A stretch of 64,000 nt of DNA. It comes from Blepharisma stoltei ATCC 30299 (lineage: Eukaryota; Protista; Ciliophora). The notes beneath the pieces are model-generated. The model had not been told where the DNA came from. It was given only the letters and a program-made list of their open reading frames with translations, and searched no databases. Numbering within the stretch: the first letter of the stretch is position 1; every line of letters starts with the position of its first letter. The stretch covers positions 988,431-1,052,430 of the forward strand of contig CBFDEM010000036.1 in NCBI GenBank assembly GCA_965603825.1, written 5' to 3'. This document shows, piece after piece, positions 60,072 through 64,000 of this stretch. The position numbers and the translations under genes are program-made.

Positions 60072-60608
60072 TTAGGTAAATCTGATCAGCACATGAACAA
60101 TAAATAATCCTCCAAAGCAATAAGCATTTTTGCCGAAATAAATAGCTGATGATAAGCAGCAAGGTGCTACAGATTGTAATCTTTTAGCTTTATAATTTTT
60201 ATCAATTATAAAAGTGATCCCTGAATGCGGATGATGCCTATCAAAACAGAATAATTTTCCATTTGGAAGCAGAGCAATGCAGCTACCGTGGTCTAATGAT
60301 TTTGATGAATCCAGTGATTTTGTGCTTTTTCTTTCACTTTCTGAGTCGTAAATGCACAAATAAGTTCTGCTGGTATCATTTCTAATATTGTAAATAGAAG
60401 TGATTTGATGATAAGCACTAAGGTATTCTTGATAAGCTTTTTTTAGTGAAGGATTAGGAGGAGAGCTCTGGCTTTCATATCATGAGCAAGTTTTTCTGAA
60501 ATCTTTCTCTGTTTCTGTGTCATTAGCTCTTCTTCAAATTGCAGATATTTTTGCTGAAAGATCTTGAGAAAATATTTTATTTGCAGGATCTTGGCTGAGA
60601 GAAATCAT
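60072..60608 (-). pseudogene. Kelch-like family gene, truncated
   Basis: ATG 60608, two TGA codons, LPNGKLFCF and SSAIYF..AYCFGG; terminates prematurely relative to the neighbouring paralogue. Confidence 0.75.
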
Positions 60609-60744
60609 TGAATATTAAGCAATATGAGAATTAGGAATTATAATTTAAAGAATTAATGATATTATAATTAAAATTGAGTCGAAAATCATTATATCAATCC
60701 GATTGCGAAAAGTTCACCATCGATGAGCAACCTTAATCAAATCT

Positions 60745-61749
60745 TTAAGTAGCATCAGTCTGGACCTCTTTAAGCTCAATCATTACTTTTTCTTTTAAAT
60801 TAAATTTATAGTAGAATTTTTCAGGATTCCCAGTCTCCAAACAACCAATATAAATACTTTCTTTATTATATGAGCAATATACCTGATCATATTCATATCT
60901 AACTAATGATTCTCCTACTCGTTTCCAGGTATACTCATCTCCAATCTCACTTTCGTAAATAAATCCGTTGCTTTCTCAGTCTCTGTCTTCAATTAAATAT
61001 AGTCTCTCTGAATTTATCAAGATCTTGCGCTTATATTCTTTAAAATCATAAGGAATTATAGAGAAAGAATCAATTTCAGGTGAGTATATTAAAATATGTG
61101 TAAATCGATTTCCAGAAATTAAAATATTCCCTTTATATATAAAGCTATGGCACCATGAATCAGCTATCAGCATTGGGGCTATTTTAATTCACCGATTTTC
61201 ATCTAAGCAAAATCTGCAAGAAAAGTTTAAAATTTTTACATTATCATATCCTCCAAAGCAGTAGACACTTCCATTGAAATATATAGCTGATGAATAATAT
61301 CTGAATGTTCCAGATGGCAACACTCGAGTTTTAAAAGTCCTGCCAATTATCAAAGCACTACTAGCGGCTAAATAAAGATTACTCAAACAGAATAATTCGC
61401 CATTCGGAAGTTGAGTGAGGCATACGTTCGCTGTTAGCTGATTTGGAGAATCCAAGACTATCGTTTTTTCAGTTTCAGTTTCAGTGTCATAAATGATCAA
61501 ATCAGTATCGATATCATCTCCCCTTTGAACGAGATAAAGGGATGAGATATGATGATAAGAGCTAATAAAATCATGATAAACCCTTGCTAGTAATATATCA
61601 GATTCATAATTTTGTTTCTCATATAGTAAGCAAGTTTTCCTAAAATCTTGTTCGATTTCTGTATTGTTGGCACCGCTTAAGATCTTTGAAACTTTACCAT
61701 TTAACTCTTGAGGATTTAATTGATTAGCATCTTGATTGGACTTGACATT
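60745..61749 (-). pseudogene. Kelch-like beta-propeller gene whose start is removed by the telomere
   Basis: 335 codons open (TGA=Trp) from the telomere junction to TAA 60745, with no in-frame ATG at the 5' end. Motifs QLPNGELFC, SSAIYFNGSVYCFGG and ENRW. Confidence 0.8.
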
Positions 61750-63973
61750 AGGGTGTTAGGGTGTTAGGGTGTTAGGGTGTTAGGGTGTTAGGGTGTTAGG
61801 GTGTTAGGGTGTTAGGGTGTTAGGGTGTTAGGGTGTTAGGGTGTTAGGGTGTAGGGTGTTAGGGTGTTAGGGTGTTAGGGTGTTAGGGTTGTTAGGGTGT
61901 TAGGGTGTTAGGGTGTTAGGGTGTTAGGGTGTTAGGGTGTTAGGGGTGTTAGGGTGTTAGGGTGTTAGGGTGTTAGGGTGTTAGGGTGTGTTAGGGTGTT
62001 AGGGTGTTAGGGTGTTAGGGTGTTAGGGTGTTAGGGTGTTAGGGTGTTAGGGTGTTAGGGTGTTAGGGTGTTAGGGTGTTAGGTGTTAGGGTGTTAGGGT
62101 GTTAGGGTGTTAGGGTGTTAGGGTGTTAGGGTGTTAGGGTGTTAGGGTGTTAGGGTGTTAGGGTGTTAGGGTGTTAGGGTGTTAGGGTGTTAGGGTGTTA
62201 GGGTGTTAGGGTGTTAGGGTGTTAGGGTGTTAGGGTGTTAGGGTGTTAGGGTGTTAGGGTGTTAGGGTGTTAGGGTGTTAGGGTGTTAGGGTGTTAGGGT
62301 GTTAGGGTGTTAGGGTGTTAGGGTGTTAGGGTGTTAGGGTGTTAGGGTGTTAGGGTGTTAGGGTGTTAGGGTGTTAGGGTGTTAGGGTGTTAGGGTGTTA
62401 GGTGTTAGGGTGTTAGGGTGTTAGGGTGTTAGGGTGTTAGGGTGTTAGGGTGTTAGGGTGTTAGGGTGTTAGGGTGTTAGGGTGTTAGGGTGTTAGGGTG
62501 TTAGGGTGTTAGGGTGTTAGGGTGTTAGGGTGTTAGGGTGTTAGGGTGTTAGGGTGTTAGGGTGTTAGGGTGTTAGGGTGTTAGGGTGTTAGGGTGTTAG
62601 GGTGTTAGGGTGTTAGGGTGTTAGGGTGTTAGGGTGTTAGGGTGTTAGGGTGTGTTAGGGTGTTAGGGTGTTAGGGTGTTAGGGTGTTAGGGTGTTAGGG
62701 TGTTAGGGTGTTAGGGTGTTAGGGTGTTAGGGTGTTAGGGTGTTAGGGTGTTAGGGTGTTAGGGTGTTAGGGTGTTAGGGTGTTAGGGTTGTGTTAGGGT
62801 AGTTAGGGTGTTAGGGTGTTAGGGTGTTAGGGTGTTAGGGGTGTTAGGGTGTTAGGGTGTTAGGGGTGTTAGGGTGTTAGGGTGTTAGGGTGTAGGGTGT
62901 TAGGGTGTTAGGGTGTTAGGGTGTTAGGGTGTAGTTAGGGTGTTAGGGTGTTAGGGTGTTAGGGTAGGGTGTTAGGGTGTTAGGGTGTTAGGGTGTTAGG
63001 GTGTTAGGGTGTTAGGGTGTTAGGGTGTTAGGGTGTTAGGGTGTTAGGGTGTTAGGGTGTTAGGGTGTTAGGTGTAGTTTAGGGTGTTAGGGTGTTAGGG
63101 TGTTAGGGTGTTAGGGTGTTAGGGTTGTTAGGGTGTTAGGGTGTTAGGGTGTTAGGGTGTTAGGGTGTTAGGGTGTAGGTGTTAGGGTGTTAGGGTGTTA
63201 GGGTGTTAGGGTGTTAGGTGTTAGGGTGTTAGGGTGTTAGGGTGTTAGGGTGTTAGGGTGTTAGGGTGTTAGGGTGTTAGGGTGTTAGGGTGTTAGGGTG
63301 TTAGGGTGTTAGGGTGTTAGGGTGTTAGGGTGTTAGGGTGTTAGGGTTGTTAGGGTGTTAGGGTGTTAGGGTGTTAGGGTGTTAGGGTGTTAGGGTGTTA
63401 GGGTGTTAGGGTGTTAGGGTGTTAGGGTGTTAGGGTGTTAGGGTGTTAGGGTGTTAGGGTGTTAGGGTGTTAGGGTGTTAGGGTGTTAGGGTGTGTTAGG
63501 GTGTTAGGGTGTTAGGGTGTTAGGGTGTTAGGGTGTTAGGGTGTTAGGGTGTTAGGGTGTTAGGGTGTTAGGGTGTTAGGGTGTTAGGTGTTGGGTGTTA
63601 GGGTGTTAGGGTGTTAGGGGTGTTAGGGTGTTAGGGTGTTAGGGTGTTAGGGTGTTAGGGTGTTAGGGTGTTAGGGTGTTAGGGTGTTAGGGTGTTAGGG
63701 TGTAGGGTTAGGGTGTTAGGGTGTTGGGTGTTAGGGTGTTAGGTGTTAGGGTGTTAGGGTGTTAGGGTGTTAGGGTGTTAGAGGGTGTTAGGGTGTTAGG
63801 GTGTTAGGGTGTTAGGGTGTTAGGGTGTAGTTAGGGTGTTAGGGTGTTAGGGTGTTAGGGTGTTAGGGTGGGTGTTAGGGTGTTAGGGTGTTAGGGTGTT
63901 AGTTAGGGTGTTAGGGTGTTAGGGTGTTAGGGTGTAGGGTGTTAGTGGTGTAGCTTAGGGTGTTAGGGTGTTA
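61748..63973 (+). repeat. telomere, (TTAGGGTG)n = (CCCTAACA)n heterotrich type
   Basis: About 2.2 kb tandem 8-mer with the G-rich strand running toward the window end; scattered indel variants increase distally. Confidence 0.99.
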
Positions 63974-64000
63974 TATTATTTTAAAGGGTGTTGGTATTTG

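Noticed and set aside
63974-64000. Non-telomeric bases after the telomere suggesting an interstitial telomere
   Set aside because: Short, partly telomere-like and at the contig edge where errors accumulate; likely low-quality consensus.

Overview
AT-rich eukaryotic DNA ending in a ~2.2 kb (TTAGGGTG)n telomere, i.e. the right end of a heterotrich ciliate macronuclear chromosome. It is most likely Blepharisma: CCCTAACA telomeres, 15-nt spliceosomal introns, UGA read as Trp, and UAA/UAG used as stops. The supplied ORF track treats TGA as stop and therefore fragments many genes; I re-joined them by hand. Positions 1-32 kb are densely packed mostly single-copy genes: WBP4-like, CABIN1/Hir3-like, PILS-type transporter, alpha-tubulin acetyltransferase, syntaxin-16, a 2001-aa secreted repeat protein, a BIG/Sec7 ARF-GEF, a PAP2 phosphatase, PP1 inhibitor-2, a CCHC knuckle protein, Skp1-like, a SAM methyltransferase, a multi-HTH protein and NOXRED1-like. 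Positions 32-61.7 kb are a sparse subtelomeric zone with three paralogous Cys/His finger genes, an ATP-grasp-like/truncated-haemoglobin fusion and its inverted partial copy, an amidase, a PAS membrane protein, coiled-coil and Kelch-like family members, and pseudogenes. The best novelty candidate is a pair of non-coding intergenic segments (about 17165-17545 and 25860-26245) that share ordered motifs and a nested base-paired architecture, suggesting two paralogues of an unidentified structured RNA. All assignments come from manual reading; no database searches or folding programs were run.
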